This document shows positions 42,150 to 56,070 of a stretch of DNA of 64,000 bases, piece by piece; position 1 is the stretch's first letter; each line of letters opens with the position of its first letter. The notes beneath the pieces are model-generated. The model was given only the letters and a program-made list of their open reading frames with translations, did not search any database and was not told the DNA's origin. The stretch lies in NCBI RefSeq assembly GCF_009914755.1, contig NC_060927.1, one strand, 5' to 3'. The DNA is from the human T2T-CHM13v2.0 reference genome, Homo sapiens. The translations under genes were made by a program, and so were the position numbers.

Positions 42150-42815
42150 AAGACATTGATCTATGTGAGTTGGACCATCTAAAAAGTCCATAACAAATCT
42201 GGGACAATTTGAAAAATAAGTAATGATAGCAATGTATTATAGCCCGTAGAATAAAATAAATACCTATGAGTCTCTACTGACACAAAAAATAATTTCGATA
42301 CATAAGTAAATGGGAGCAAAGGGACAGCTATTTCTTATAGTAGAATTCCAATTGATGAATGTAGAAAGAATGATGGAAATAGAAAAATCACAGTGTGTCA
42401 AATATGGCATTAATCATTGTTGCAGATAATCATTAACAGATTAAAATTAGTGTTCAAAGATATGATGAGTAACAGGATATTTGTATAACCTTAAAGTATC
42501 CAACCACATGACACTTTTTCACAGATTGGAGGAGACTAAGGACATGTGGCAACTCAATGCAATATGGGATCCTAGATAAAATCCAGGGTCAGAAAAAGAT
42601 CATTATTGAAAAAATTTAAACGAGGTCTATAGATTACTCAATAACATTGTATCAGTGTTAATTTCCTGGTTTTGATGATTATGCATTAGCTATAAGTGAG
42701 ATATTAACATTTAGAGAAACTGAATGAAGGATATATGGGAACTCTACTTTTTTTCAACTTCTTTGTAAGTCTAAATTTATTTCAAAATTAAAATTTAAAA
42801 TGTTTTAAAAATAAA
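42150..42815 (+). mobile_element. L1MC/L1MD-like 3'UTR
   Basis: tagaattccaattgatgaatgtagaa...ggagactaaggacatg...gggaactct...tgtaagtctaaattta. Confidence 0.7.
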
Positions 42816-43079
42816 TACAAAGGTTATAACACTCTCTTATATTTGAGTGGCTCTTTATAAAAGAAGCTTAAGAGATACAGATGTTTTTATGATCCACATT
42901 AGACACAGGAAATAGATTCCAGTTGTTTCAGTGACTTGCCCAAGGCCACTCATTATAGAGCCAGGTGTTCTGTTAGATTCCATTTTCCTCTCTACAGAAA
43001 CTGCTGGGCTTTACTATTTCATTCTCATAACTACTTTACAAAGACAGAGAAGGCATATTGTTCCCATTTTATAGACTTT

Positions 43080-43670
43080 GAGTTCCAGAGATTTCTCAAA
43101 GACCTAAAAATAGAACTATCATTTTACCCACAATCTGACTACAGATTTTTTTTTACTACCCAAAGGAAAATAAATCATTTTATCAAAAAGACACCTTACT
43201 CATATGTTTATCACAGCACTATTCATAATAGCAAAGTCATGGAATGAACCTAAGTGTCCATCAACATTGGATAAAGAAAATGTGGTATATATATATATAT
43301 ATATATATGCGCCATGCAGTACTATGCAGCCATAAAAAAGAATGAAATCATATACTTCGTAGCAACATGGATGTAGCCAGAGGCCTAATATTATCCTAAT
43401 TAAAATAACTCAAAAAATCAGATACCAAATATTCTCACTTATAAGTCAGAGCTAAACACTGGGTGCACATGGATATAAAGATGGAAATAATAGACACTGG
43501 GGACTCCAAAACTGGGGAAGGTGAAAGGGGGTGAGTGTTGAAAAGCTACCTGTTGGATACAATGTTCACTATTTGGGTGATATTTTCACTAGAAGCCAAA
43601 AACTCAGCATCACACAATATGTCCATGTAACCTCCACATGTACTCCCTGAAACTAAAATAAAAATAAATG
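43080..43670 (+). mobile_element. L1PB-like 3' end
   Basis: cccaaaggaaaataaatcattttatcaaaaagacacc...cagccataaaaaagaatgaaatcat...atagacactggggactccaaaa. Confidence 0.85.
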
Positions 43671-44446
43671 AAGTAATGAATGAGACTGAGTTCCAGCTAA
43701 AGTAAAAAAAAGCCATAAATAACACAGATTAGTGAGTAGATAGAAGTCCAAGTTTTCTCACTCTTAATCCAGTTTTGTTTTTATTCATATTCTGACAGGT
43801 ATTTCTGTAGCATTCCAAGAGACAGACATTTCTGTAGTCAAGACACTGCATATATGTATGTACGTATGTATATATGCCACGTGTCCTTAGTTTCCAATCT
43901 GTGAAAAAGTGTCATGTGGTTGGATACTTTAAGGTTATACAAATATCCTGTTTCTCATCATACCTTTGAACACGTGTACATATATGAAAATAGATATGAC
44001 TTGTTGGGGGTCATCTTCAATGAGATGAGCTTTGAAAGAAGATTAAAAGTTGGCCAGGTGAAAGGAATTAGGAATATCATTCTAAGTAGGAATGGTGCTT
44101 AAAATTCTGCTTCTGGCAAACTTAAATTAGTTATGATGTCTCATCAATTCCTCTGGGTTATCAACTAGATGTTACCATAGTTGCAATGGTTCTGGTAAAA
44201 GAAGTGCCTGCTGCCAGCTGGATAACTAATTTCAAATATATATATATATATATATTCCTGACTGGCTTGGGAACTGTGAGATCATATGCTGTTCTGGCAC
44301 CAGGGCAGCAGCATAAGGCATCTGATCAGAGAATACATATAACCTCCAATCCTCTGATACTATGTCTCTGGGTTGAACATGCAGCCTCAGCTTTAATTGG
44401 TGAGCTGGTGACAAGAATTTCCTCAGTTCTGGAAGCCTGGCTCCAA

Positions 44447-44448
<2 letters not shown>

Positions 44449-44493
<45 letters not shown>
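44449..44493. repeat. (TG)n microsatellite
   Basis: About 22 TG units. Confidence 0.95.
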
Positions 44494-44494
<1 letters not shown>

Positions 44495-45949
44495 TTAACT
44501 GTGTTACAGCACTTAACCTGTTTAAACGCTATGGGTTGTTTAAGTGGAACATCTCTCTGGATTTATCTAATCTGGCCAAAGATTACGCAATTCAGATTAC
44601 CTGAACTTGTCCTTTCCTTCATTGGTTTCAAACGTGTTCAGATTAGCCTACAAAGAGGATAAGTTCAACAAGGGAGATGTAAGGCATTAACATTTAAGAT
44701 CAATTCATCACACAGTTCTGAAAATAACAGTGTAAAGGCAAGTTCAGGCAGAGTTAAACCAAATGATTATTTTCTGCAGGGTGGGTAGTTTTGGATCTTG
44801 AGCTTGTGTCATTGTTTTGGTGACATGCGGAATTTATGCATCTGTATTTGAACAAGATTTAACACTAGTACAACAGCTGTTCCTTAGAACAAATGAACTC
44901 TTTGCTTATATAAGAACCTTTAACCTAACCTAGAGAGGGAGAAAACAGTGCCTCATATGGTTTACTCACGTGTGATCTTTTGCCCCAAGCCTGCCTTCAG
45001 ACTTTCGAACAATAGACTTAATACATTTGGGATTGCAGGTGTTTTTATAAGTGTATCCATTGCAAGACTAGCCACTGGGTTGCAACAGCTTTGAGGCTTG
45101 AAGAACCCAAATAAAAAGATGAAAAGTTTGGTGATAGAAATTTTAGTTTGTTAAACTATTCATTGTCCCCAGGTTAAAAACTTTATGGGCCTCTATTTAA
45201 TGGCTGATGCCTTTGCCCAGATTCTCTGTTAATAAAACTAAATTCCCAATTGTAACAATTTCTAATTGTATCATCAAATGTAGTAGCATAAAAACTTTAA
45301 GCCATGTTTGCCTTAAAGATTTGATTGATGTGGTGGGGTGGAGGACTAGTGAGTAATACCTTTATTATCTGACTTGTGTAGGCTCATTCTACCTTAACCC
45401 ACCCTCCAACCATTGTATAGTCTACTCATGTCCTAATTCCATAAGACATTAGAGTAATTTCTGTTGCATAAATGATAGCTTTCATTGCTTATAAAATGTG
45501 CTTCAATACACTCAATAATGTCTTCTTCAAACTTATATTGCATTGATTACATCTGGCAGCCCCATATGGTAAAACGTAGTTATGACCCTTCTAATTAAAT
45601 TATAGTTAGAAACTCACTTCTGGGGTGCAGCTCAGCAATCTACCAAATTTCTCAGTGACATTCAGAACATGAAATAACTTGGGGAGAATAAATTTGCAAC
45701 ACAAATGGGAACAGAGGAGAAGGTTTTCAATCTCTATTTATTTTTCAAAATTCATTACTTGTACAATTTATTTTCCAAACTAATTCTAAGCAAAGATGAG
45801 TAATACTACCTTGGCAGGAGTCTGTGCTTAAGATATTTCCATATGTTTAAGCAGAAATACCTAGTATGGTACTTTCCCTATAAGTAGAATGCCATGAAAA
45901 ACGTTCTTAAGACAGGTTCTCCAGCACCTCCTTCCACCCTTGGTCTCGA

Positions 45950-46720
45950 TGAAGGACCCCATGTCCTATTTCACAGAGAAAAGGGAAACCTTCAGAAAAC
46001 TTCCACACTCACTACCACTTGTTTCCACCCAAAAGCATCTGTACCCATGTACTTTACCTTTTCTCCTGTTTCTATAGATACGTTGTCGGTGCTTCTCTAT
46101 AAGGTCAATGCCTCTGCTTGTGTTCTAGACTTCATTCCCTCTCCTCTCCTCATGATACCACTCCTGCAGTGCCCTTCTCCTCCAAATAATCAACTTCCCC
46201 CTCCCCTAGATCATTACCCCTAGGAAACAAACGTGCTGTTTTTTCTCCTGTCTTAAACAAACTAGAAAACGAAGAAAACTCTTTCTTGACTACTCCCTTC
46301 TCCACCCAGCTACTGTTCTTCAAGAGTTTTCTTTGCTCAGTTTCTAAATTTTTGTTCCCCATTCTTCCTTAACTCAGTCTAATGAGGCTTTCAGTTTCAC
46401 TCTCCACCTCAGCCTCCCCATTCCACCTGTATTGGCTTCTTGCTGATCTGTGGATTAACCAGACTCATTCCTCAGCATTTGCACTTGCTAATCCCTGGCT
46501 TCTGACCCTAGATATCCAGAGTTTAGCTTCTTCACCTTCCTCCTTGAAACCTTTGTTCAAAAATCACCTATTCAGTGAAGCTTCCTAATCTTTTTATTTA
46601 AAATTGCGATACTCCCTCTCACCTCCTTACTTTCTTATCCCCTTTCACTGAGGTTTTTTTTTTCCAGGATATTTATCACATTCTAATATTCTACATGACT
46701 TATTTTCTAAATAAAATTCC
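45950..46720 (+). mobile_element. L2 fragments
   Basis: tcctatttcacagagaaaa...cagcatttgcacttgct...tcacctattcagtgaagcttcc...tatttatcacattctaa. Confidence 0.65.
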
Positions 46721-46819
46721 TTACAGAGGTTTTTGAAGACTTGAATGTTTAACAGGCAAAGTAGATAGAAGCCTCCTTTACGAACAAATTGAATGCCCGG
46801 TGACATTCAATTCAAGGAG

Positions 46820-47150
46820 GGGATGTTGGGAAGGAAGGGGTCTGGACTTTGGAGCCAGACCTGATTGATTCTCTGCTTACTATTTTTCAGCTGTGTCATT
46901 TTAGGTAATCTACCCAAAGTCCCCAGGTCTCAGTTGGCTCATGTGTAAGTAGGGAAAATATACCTAAATCATTCATTCAGCAAACATTGAGTGCAGACTT
47001 GGGCCAAGCAGTGGGCTAGGTCCTGGTAGTCCTAAGTGGGTCGGATGTGGTTTCTGTTCCTCATGGAGCTTGCAGTCTAGGGAGCAAATTGATGTTAGGC
47101 AATAATGCTAGAAAAAAAAGATAAAAATCACAGCTAGTAGATTGCAAAGG
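46820..47150. mobile_element. MIR (+) followed by an L2 3' end (-)
   Basis: ggactttggagccagacctg...; cattcattcagcaaacattgagtg...ctcatggagcttgcagtctag. Confidence 0.65.
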
Positions 47151-47240
47151 AATAAGTGGTCTGGCTTGTAATTATTGCTCAATTATTTCCTCGTTTCCCA
47201 TTCCTCTCATGCCACCACTGTCATATTTCAACCACAGTTT

Positions 47241-47481
47241 TGTGTGTGTGTGTGTGTGTGTATGTGTGTGTGTGTGTGTTGAGACAGGATCTTACTCTGT
47301 CACCCAGGCTCAAGTGTAGCGGTGTGATCTTGGCTCACTGCAACCTCCACCTCCTAGGCTCAAGCAATCCCCTCACCTCAGCCTCCCAAGTAACTGGAAA
47401 CACAGGTGTGCACCACCACGCCCAGCTAATTTATCTTGTATCTTTGGTGGAGACGCAGTTCCAACATGTTGCTCAGGCTGC
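47241..47481 (-). mobile_element. 5'-truncated AluJ with (TG)n in place of the tail
   Basis: (TG)n 47241-47279, then gagacaggatcttactctgtcacccagg...gctcaggctg. Confidence 0.88.
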
Positions 47482-47529
47482 TATACCACGATTTTACTGA
47501 CAGGCATATCCCAGTTGGTATTCTACCAG

Positions 47530-47730
47530 CTCGTTTTCCACACTTGAGTGTGTCTAACAATCACCTGAAATATCCGTTAAAAATACAGGCAACTGAGGTC
47601 AATATGTAGAATTTCTTTTTCAAGAGTTTGGTGATGTAACCCCCAAACTGGATTTTAACCATCTCCTAGGAAATTCTGAAGTAGCAATCACCAGACCACA
47701 CACTCAGAAGTGCCAGGTTTGAGAAATAGT
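47530..47730. mobile_element. MER5-like hAT fragment
   Basis: acacttgagtgtg...aatcacctg...ttttaac...ggtttgagaaa. Confidence 0.5.
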
Positions 47731-48124
47731 TGTATTGTCTCTCTTTTTAATAATAGGTTATGAAAACACTTTAAAGTCATGTCATTCTGAATAAATTATA
47801 TTCTCCCAAAAGCTATTTAATCTAGAACTTTTGCCTCACATTAATAATACTAATGATCTTTAGAGAGCACACACTATTGAATTATACTAGGATCTAAATC
47901 TTAACTCACTCCCCAAGGACACCTTTTGTTTCCTGGTATCTTTATTGCAAAAAACACTTAAATAATTTTTAAATTGCATCAATTATAATGGCTAAAAAGT
48001 AAGGAACAGCAAGAGAGCCACAACCAAAAAGAAAACTGACCACAGAGAGCCTTCCTGCCACAGGCACTGAGGACAGCAATCAACAGATGGTGCTAACTGC
48101 TGTGATTATTAAGCCAAACACATT

Positions 48125-50427
48125 TGTATTAGTCTATTTTCACGCTGCTGATCAATTCATACCCAAATTTATACAGGGAAAAGGGTTTAATGGACTTACA
48201 GTTCCACGTGGCTGGGGAGGCCTCACAATCATGGTGGAAGGCAAGGAGGAGCAAGTCATATCTTACATGGATGGCAGCAGGCAGAGAGAGAGAGCTTGTG
48301 CAGGGGAACTCCTCTTTTTAAAACTATCAGATCTCATGACACATGTTCACTATCATGAGAACAGCATTGGAAAGACTTGCCCCCATGGTGCAATTACCTC
48401 CTACTGGGTCCCTCCCACAACACATGGGAATTCAAGATGAGATTTGGGTGGGGACACAGCCATACCATGTTATTCCACTTCTGGCTCCTCCCAAATCTGA
48501 CATCCTAACATTTCAAAACTAATCATGTCTTCACAACAGTCCTTCAAAGTCTTAACTCATTTCAGCATTAACTCCAAAGTCCACAATCCACAGTCTCATC
48601 TGAGACAAGGCAAGTCCCTTCTACCTATGAGCTTGTAAAATCAAAAGCAGGTTAGTTGCTTCATAGATACAATGGGGGTACAGGCATTGCATAAATACAG
48701 CCGTTGCAAATGGGAGAAATTGGCCAAAACAAAGGGGCTAAAGGAACCATGCAAGTCTGAAATCCAGCAGGGCAGTCAAATCTTAAAGCTCCAAAATGAT
48801 CTCCTTTGACTTCATGTTTCACATCCAGGTCACACTGATGCAAGAGGTAGGTTCTCATTGTCTTGGGCAGCTCCACCCCTGTGACTTTGCAGGGTACACC
48901 CTCCCTCCTAGCTGCCTTCACAAGCTAGCATTGAGTGTCTGTGGCTTTTCCAGGCACACAGTGCAAGCTATCAGTGCATCTACCATTCTGGGGTCTGGTG
49001 GACAGTGGCCCTCTCCTCACATATCCACTAGACAGTGCTCCAGTAGGGACTCTGTGTGGAGGCTCCAACCCCACATTTCTCTTCCACATTACCCTAGCAG
49101 AGGTACTGCATGAGAGTCCCACCCCTGCAGCAAACTTCTGCCTGGGCAATCAGGCGTTTGCATACATCTTCTGAAATCTAGGTGGAGGTTCCCAAATCTC
49201 AATTCTTGACTTCTGTGCACTCACAGGCTCAACACCATATGGTAGCTGCCAAGGCTTGAAGCTTGCACCCTCTGAAGCCACAGCCCAAGCTCTACATTGT
49301 CCCCTTTCAGCCACAGCTGGAGTGGCTAGGACGCAGTGCACCAAGTCCCCAGGCTGCACACAGCACGGGGTTCCTGGGCCCAGCCCATGAAACCACTTTT
49401 TCCTCCTAGGCCTCTGGGCCTGTAATGGGAGGAGCTGCCACAGAAGTCTCTGACATGTCCTGGAGACATTTTCCCTATTGTCTTGGGGATAACATTCAGC
49501 TCCTTGTTACTTATGCAGATTTCTTCAGCTGGCTTGAATTTCTCCTCAAAAAATAGAATTTTCTTTTCTATAGCATTGTCAGGCTGCAAATTTTCTGAAC
49601 TTTTATGCTCTACTTCTCTTATAAAACTCAATGCCTTTAACAGCACCCAAGTCAATTTTTGAATGCTTTGCTGCTTAGAAATTTCCTCTGCCAGATACCC
49701 TAAATCATCTCTGTCAAGTTCAAAGTTCCACAGATCTCTAGGGCAGGGGCAAAATGCTGCCAGTCTCTTTGCTAAAACATAACAAGAGTCACCTTTGCTG
49801 CAGTTCCCAATAAGCTCATCTCCATCTGAGACCACCCCAGCCTGGACCTTATTGTTCATATCACTATCAGCATTTTTGTCAAAGCAATTCAACAAGTCTC
49901 TAGGAAGCTCCAAAATTTCCCACACTTCCCTGTCTTCTTCTGAGCCCTCCAAACTTTTCCAACCTCTGCCTGTTACCCAGTTCCAAAGTCGCTTCCACAT
50001 TTGTGGGTATCTTTTCAGCAATGCACCACCCTACTGGTACCAATTTACTGTATTAGTTCATTTTCATGCTGCTGATAAATACGTACCCAAGACTGGGCAA
50101 TTTACCTAAAAAAAAAAAAAAAAAAGATTTAATGGACTTCCAGTCCCACATGACTGGAGAGGCTTCACAATCATGGCAGAAGGCAAGGGGAGCAACTCAC
50201 ATCTTATATGGATGGCAGCAGGCAAAGAGAGAGAGAGCTTGTGCAGGGGAACTCCCATTTTTAAAACCATCAGATCCCTTGAGATTTATTCACTATCATG
50301 AGAACAGCCTAAGAAAGACACACACCCCTGATTCAATTATCTCCCACTGGGTCTCTCCCACAACACGTGGGAATTACGGGTGCTACAACTTGAGATTTGG
50401 GTGGGGACACAGAGCCAAACCATATCA
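48125..50427 (-). mobile_element. THE1 (A/B-type) MaLR provirus: 3' LTR 48125-48472, internal 48473-50048, 5' LTR 50049-50427
   Basis: Two tgtattagt...gggacacag..ccatatca-type LTRs; internal ORF remnant (WNWVTGRGW...CPRDLWNFEL...EEISKQQSIQ) typical of THE1-int. Confidence 0.93.
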
Positions 50428-52369
50428 GTGAGGAAGGCATGTTAAAAGCTGAGATAGGCCAAAAGCTCGGCCTCCTGTGCCAAGGAGCAAGCCAAGTCGT
50501 GAATGCAAAGAAAAAATCCTGAAGTCAGTTAATTAAAAATGCCACTCCAGTGAGCACATGGATGATAGAAGGTTAAACAGGCCTATTGCTGATATGGAGA
50601 AAGTTTTAGTGGTCTAGATAGATCAAACCAGCCATAAAATTCCTTTAAATTAAAGCCTAATCCAGAGCAATAGCCTAACTCCTAAATTCTATGAAGGCTG
50701 AGAGAAGTGAAGAGGTTTCAGAAGAAAAGATTGAAGCCAGCAGAGAGATTGGTTCATGAGGTTTAAGAAAGGAAGCCATCTCCGTAACATAAAAGCGTAT
50801 GGAGAAGCAGCAAGTGCTGATGGAGAAGCTGCAGCAAGTTATCCAGAAGATCTAGCTAAGATGACTGATGAAGGTGGCTACACTAAACAACATATTTTCA
50901 CTGTCGATGAAACACCCTTATACTGTAAGACAGTGCCATCTAGGACTTTCATAGCTGGAGAGATAAAGTCAATGTCTGGTTTTAAAACTTCAAAGGACAG
51001 GCTGACTCTCATTATGGGCTAAATGCAGCTGGTGATTTTAAGTTGGAGCCAATGCTCATTTACCATTTGGATAATCTTAGGGCACTTAAGAATTATGCTA
51101 AATCTACTCTGCCTGTGCTCTACAAATGGAACAACACAACCTGAATGACAGCACATCTGTTTTGCAGCATGACTTAGTGGTTATTTTAAGCTCACTGTTG
51201 AGACCTACTGCTTGGAAAAACAGGTTCCTTTCAAAATATTACTGCTCGTTGACAGTGTATCTGATCACCCAAGAGCTCTGATGGAAATGTACATGGAGAT
51301 TAATGTTGTCTTCATGCCTACTAACCTGGAATCCACTCTGCAGCCCATGGATCAAGGAGTAATTTTGACTTTCAATTCTTATTATTTAAAAATATATTTT
51401 GTATGTTTATAGAGCCATAGATAGTGATTCCTCTCTTAGATCTGGGCAAAGTAAATTGAAATTTTTCTGGAAAGGATTCACTAGAATGGCATCATTTAGT
51501 GATGCCATTTGGAAAAAATGTTATCTTTTTTGTAAAGAAAATTTTTGATTCACGGGAGAAAGTTAAAGTGTCAACATTAAAGAGAGTTTGGAAGAAATTG
51601 ATTCCAACCCTCATGGATGATTTTGAGGGGTTCATTGAAGTCTTCAGTGGAGGAAGTAACTGTGGATATGGAAGAAGTAACAAGAGAACTCGAATTGGAG
51701 CCTGAAGATAATAACTGAATTTCTGCAATCTCATGATCAAATTTGAAGGGATGAGGCATTGCTTCTTATGGATGAGCAAAGGAAGTGTTTTTTTGGAGGT
51801 GGAATCTACTGGTGAAGATGCTGTGAACATTGTTGAAATTACAAGAAAGAATTTAGACTATTACAAAAACTCAGTTGATAAAGCAATGGTAGGGTTTGAG
51901 AGGACTGAATCCAATTTTGAAAGAAGTTCTACTATGGGTAAAATGCTATCAAACAACATTGCATGATACAGAAGAAATATTTTGTGAGAGTCCATAGATG
52001 TGGCAAACTTCACTGTTGTCTTATTTTAAGATATTGCTACAACCACCCAAACCTTCAGCAACCGCCAGCCTTATCAGTGAGCAGCCATCAACATCAAGGT
52101 AAGACCCTCCACCAATGAAAAGCTTATGACTTGCTGATGGCTGAGATGATCATTAGCATTTTTCAGCAATAAAGTATTTTTACATTAAGGTATGTGCCTT
52201 ATTTTTTTAGACATAATGCTATTGCACACTTAATGGATTACAGTAGAGTGTAAGCATAACTTTTATATACAGTGGAAAACCAAAAAGTTCATATAACTCA
52301 CTTTATTGTGTTATTAACTTTATTGTGGCGACCTGGATCCAGACCAGCAATATCGCTGAGGTATGCCTG
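50428..52369 (+). mobile_element. Tigger1 lacking its 5' end; transposase pseudogene
   Basis: Broken pogo/DDE ORFs ([31 protein letters not shown]); 3' TIR gaggtatgcctg followed by TA. Confidence 0.93.
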
Positions 52370-52817
52370 TACTCAATTCAAAACTGAAGAAGACTGAAAA
52401 ATCTGACTTGTGGGTTAAAAACAAAAGCACATCAGTGATCATGCATTATTTGTGTTTTACACTATAGCAATATAGCTAGCTACAGCCACAAAGAAAGTTG
52501 TTCTTCTGTGTATCTGAGTTTTCTAGAAAACTGAAATGTATCCTGTTGAATATTCCAATATTGTGTTTCAGATGGCTTATGGAATTTCTCTAACGTATTA
52601 TGCACATCCCTGAAGATCCTACTGAATAGAATAGGTTACTATTTCTGAGATGGTTGAAGGGCATCATCATGAGTATCCAGCACTGGCTGCTGCAGGAATA
52701 CCATGATCCGCATAGGAAATATGCTTATGGTAAAGGTCCTAGACTTTAAGGGTTTATTTGAGGTCTGCCAAGTTTTTCATTTGCTGCAGACCAGCTTTTT
52801 TTATGGCTTCTTCCTAA

Positions 52818-53174
<357 letters not shown>

Positions 53175-53569
53175 CTAATTTTGTTCTTTTAATTGCCAAC
53201 GACAGGAAGCCAAAACAAAACATGCATGTATTTTAAGATCATACATAAAATAAAATTAAACATTCTAGGGTAGGGATTACATACTTCTGCCCCTCCGAGT
53301 TAACTATACAGACTTTGATACAAAATATTTAACTTTATGGATTCTTATTTTTGACTATTTAAAGATCTTAAAGTTTGTGCTTATTCTAGTTTATCAGATG
53401 CATTCTGGATAAGAGAAATCATCTAATATTGTGACCTTTGTATAAGTAAGAAAGAACCATAAAATCCCAGCCCTAAAGATTATAGACATATTCTACAACT
53501 TTTAAGAGGTGACTGCTTTTCTGTCCCAGTTCATTTTTTTACAAGTCATGCCTTAGAGTCATTCTCTAA

Positions 53570-54600
53570 TATTAAGAGTGTGACCCTTAATATTTTTATC
53601 AGTCTGTTAAGTGACTAATGGTACCTCAGTGTAGTTTATTTTAATTAATAATTATTGAAAAGTTTGACCATGTTTTTACCTGTTTAAAAGCCATTTGTAA
53701 TATCTTTTTTATGATGTATTCATATCCTTTGCCTGTTTTTCTATAGAATTTTGGTTGATTTTTTTAATTTATAAAAGTCCTTTGTAGAGTAGGAAAATTA
53801 TTCTTTTGTCTGTGATTTAAGATTTTTCAGTTTTTCACTTGTCTCTTGACTGTAGTTACATGTTTTTTTTTTTCCTGTGGATTATTTTTATTTTAACATA
53901 GGCATGTTTACTTTTTTTTTTTTTAATGATGCCTAGGTCTTTGTCACACTTGGGCCTTCTCTGATGCAACCTTATATATTCAGATATAACATATGCATAT
54001 ATATGCACACATATATGTATGTGCCTATATGGAAAAGATATGTACAAATATATGTATGTATATATTTACATATGAATATATGTTTTTAAAGTATATGTTT
54101 AAAAAAGTTCATGATTTTTTCCTGGAACTTTTAAGTTTCATTGTTTACTTTTAAAGTCTGATCTCTCTGGAATTTATTTTGATTTGAAGTACAAAGTAAT
54201 CTTCTTTATTGATTTAACACAAAAATATATTGTTCTCCCAACACAAGTTATTATTTACTGAATAATCTCTTTTAAAACCACTGATTTGAAGTGCCAAGTT
54301 TTATCATATAGTAGATTATATTTCGAACCACCCTATTTTAATTATTGTAGCTTTTTAATGCATTTTAGTATCTTATCACTGTTTTTATTCCTCAAAATTT
54401 TCTTTGGTATTCTTAATTTTTTCTACATAAACTTTAAAATTAGTCTAATTTTTTTAAAGCTCTATTTTTATTGAAATTTTATTAAATGTTTAGTATAATA
54501 TAGGGAGAACTGACATCTTTTCAATATTGCATATTCCTATTGAAGAATAAGGTATCAATTTCCACTTATTCTAGTCTTTTTCCACAATTGTCTCAATTAC
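53570..54600 (-). mobile_element. Old L1M/L1ME fragments
   Basis: aatggtacctcagtgtagttt...aaagccatttgta...gggagaactgacatctt. Confidence 0.65.
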
Positions 54601-54969
54601 TATAAATGACTTTTACAATTTGTTTCAACAGTAAAATAAAGCCCAGGCATAGTAATTTGTTGACGTGCATCTCAAATCTCTTAAGCCATCTGTTTCCCTG
54701 TTTCTCCAGCTCTCACTAACCTTTATTTCTATGTTACGTTTGTTGAAACTGATCAACTGTCCTGTACATTTTCCCACCATCTGGACCTTGCTGATGTACC
54801 CTCATGGTGTTGTTTATCATGTTAATCTGTCCTTATTTTGCTAAGAATACTACTTAAAAGATGAAGGATTCTAGTCTTTTCTGTGTTTATTCCTCAGCAG
54901 CATTTTATCTGTTCTTTTGTATAGATCCTTCTTATTTCTGTTTGAGTATATTTTTAGGGTTTTTAATAA

Positions 54970-55530
54970 TATAACCTCTGTAGAGGGCAATTTGACAGTA
55001 TTTATCAAAATTATAAGTACTTGTATCTTTTGACCCAACAATTTAACTTCTCAGAATTTATCCTGTGGAGATAATTGCCCACCTGTGAAATGCTATATAT
55101 CTGAAATTACTTGTTGTGGCATTATTTATGTAGTAAGGTTGCGATAATCTAAATTCCCATTGGTGGAAGACTAATTAAATAAATACAGTGAAATGTTATA
55201 AAGATGATTTTTTTTAAATGAGAAGATTCTTTATGTAATGCTAGGAAATAGTATCCAACATATGCTGTTAAATGAAAGTAAAAATGTAAACCAGTGTATA
55301 CGAATGTATATTATGTTGTTATTTCTGTAAGAAAAGGGACCATACATATACTGTATATACATAAGATATCTCTGGAAGATAACTTTGGTTGGTTTCACTG
55401 AGGGAAACTGGCTAAGGGACAAGGGAATGTGGGGAAGAGAATCTTCACTATATACCTTTTTATAACTTTTGCCTTTGTGCTCTGTTAGTGTTTTACCTGT
55501 TTAACTTTTTTTTTAGTTAAAACATTTAAG
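54970..55530 (+). mobile_element. L1ME-like 3' end
   Basis: gagggcaatttgacagtatttatcaaaatt...tttgacccaacaatttaacttctcagaatttatcct. Confidence 0.7.
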
Positions 55531-55692
55531 TACTGTAATGAAATAAATGACAGGTTAACATCCCAATAAATATATTTTATGTTTCAGACCTGTTGTAGAA
55601 TTATTTGGCACAAGTAGGACCGATATGTTAAATGTCATCCACACTTAAGGAGTACCTTGCCAGCAAGTAAGACAGTTTAAAACTAGATGGAC

Positions 55693-55758
55693 TGTGTGTG
55701 AGTGTGTGTGTGTGCGCGTGTGTGTGTGTGCGCGCACGCGCACGCACATGCACACATG
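55693..55758. repeat. (TG)n(CG)(CA)n tract
   Basis: Unbroken purine-pyrimidine alternation 55702-55758. Confidence 0.9.
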
Positions 55759-55849
55759 GAATTTAGCAGAGTCGGTCTTTTACAGGGAATTCTTGCATTA
55801 AATTAACAGAAGTGAACCTGATGACCTCTAAATATCATCCAACATGGGC

Positions 55850-56070
55850 AGCATGGCATAGTGAAATAGTACGAGGCTTGAAGCCTTCAGATGAAGGTTC
55901 AGATCCCCTCTTCACTCCTTAATAAACTGTGTGAACATGTTATAGTATCTTCAACTTAATAGGTTTCAGTTTCTTAATCTACAAATGGGGTTGCTTCCAT
56001 CTACCTATAGGCTTGTTATGAGCATTAGCAATAATTTATATTATGTCTGGAAGTTTGGTTCATTATACTG
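55850..56070 (+). mobile_element. MIR
   Basis: gcatggcatagtg...ggttcagatccc...ttcagtttcttaatctacaaatgggg. Confidence 0.7.

Noticed and set aside
44186-44662. 158-aa ORF
   Set aside because: Held open by (TA)n and (TG)n repeats; no domain or splice support
50756-51966. Transposase-like ORFs as a domesticated TIGD-type gene
   Set aside because: Many stops and frameshifts; decayed Tigger1
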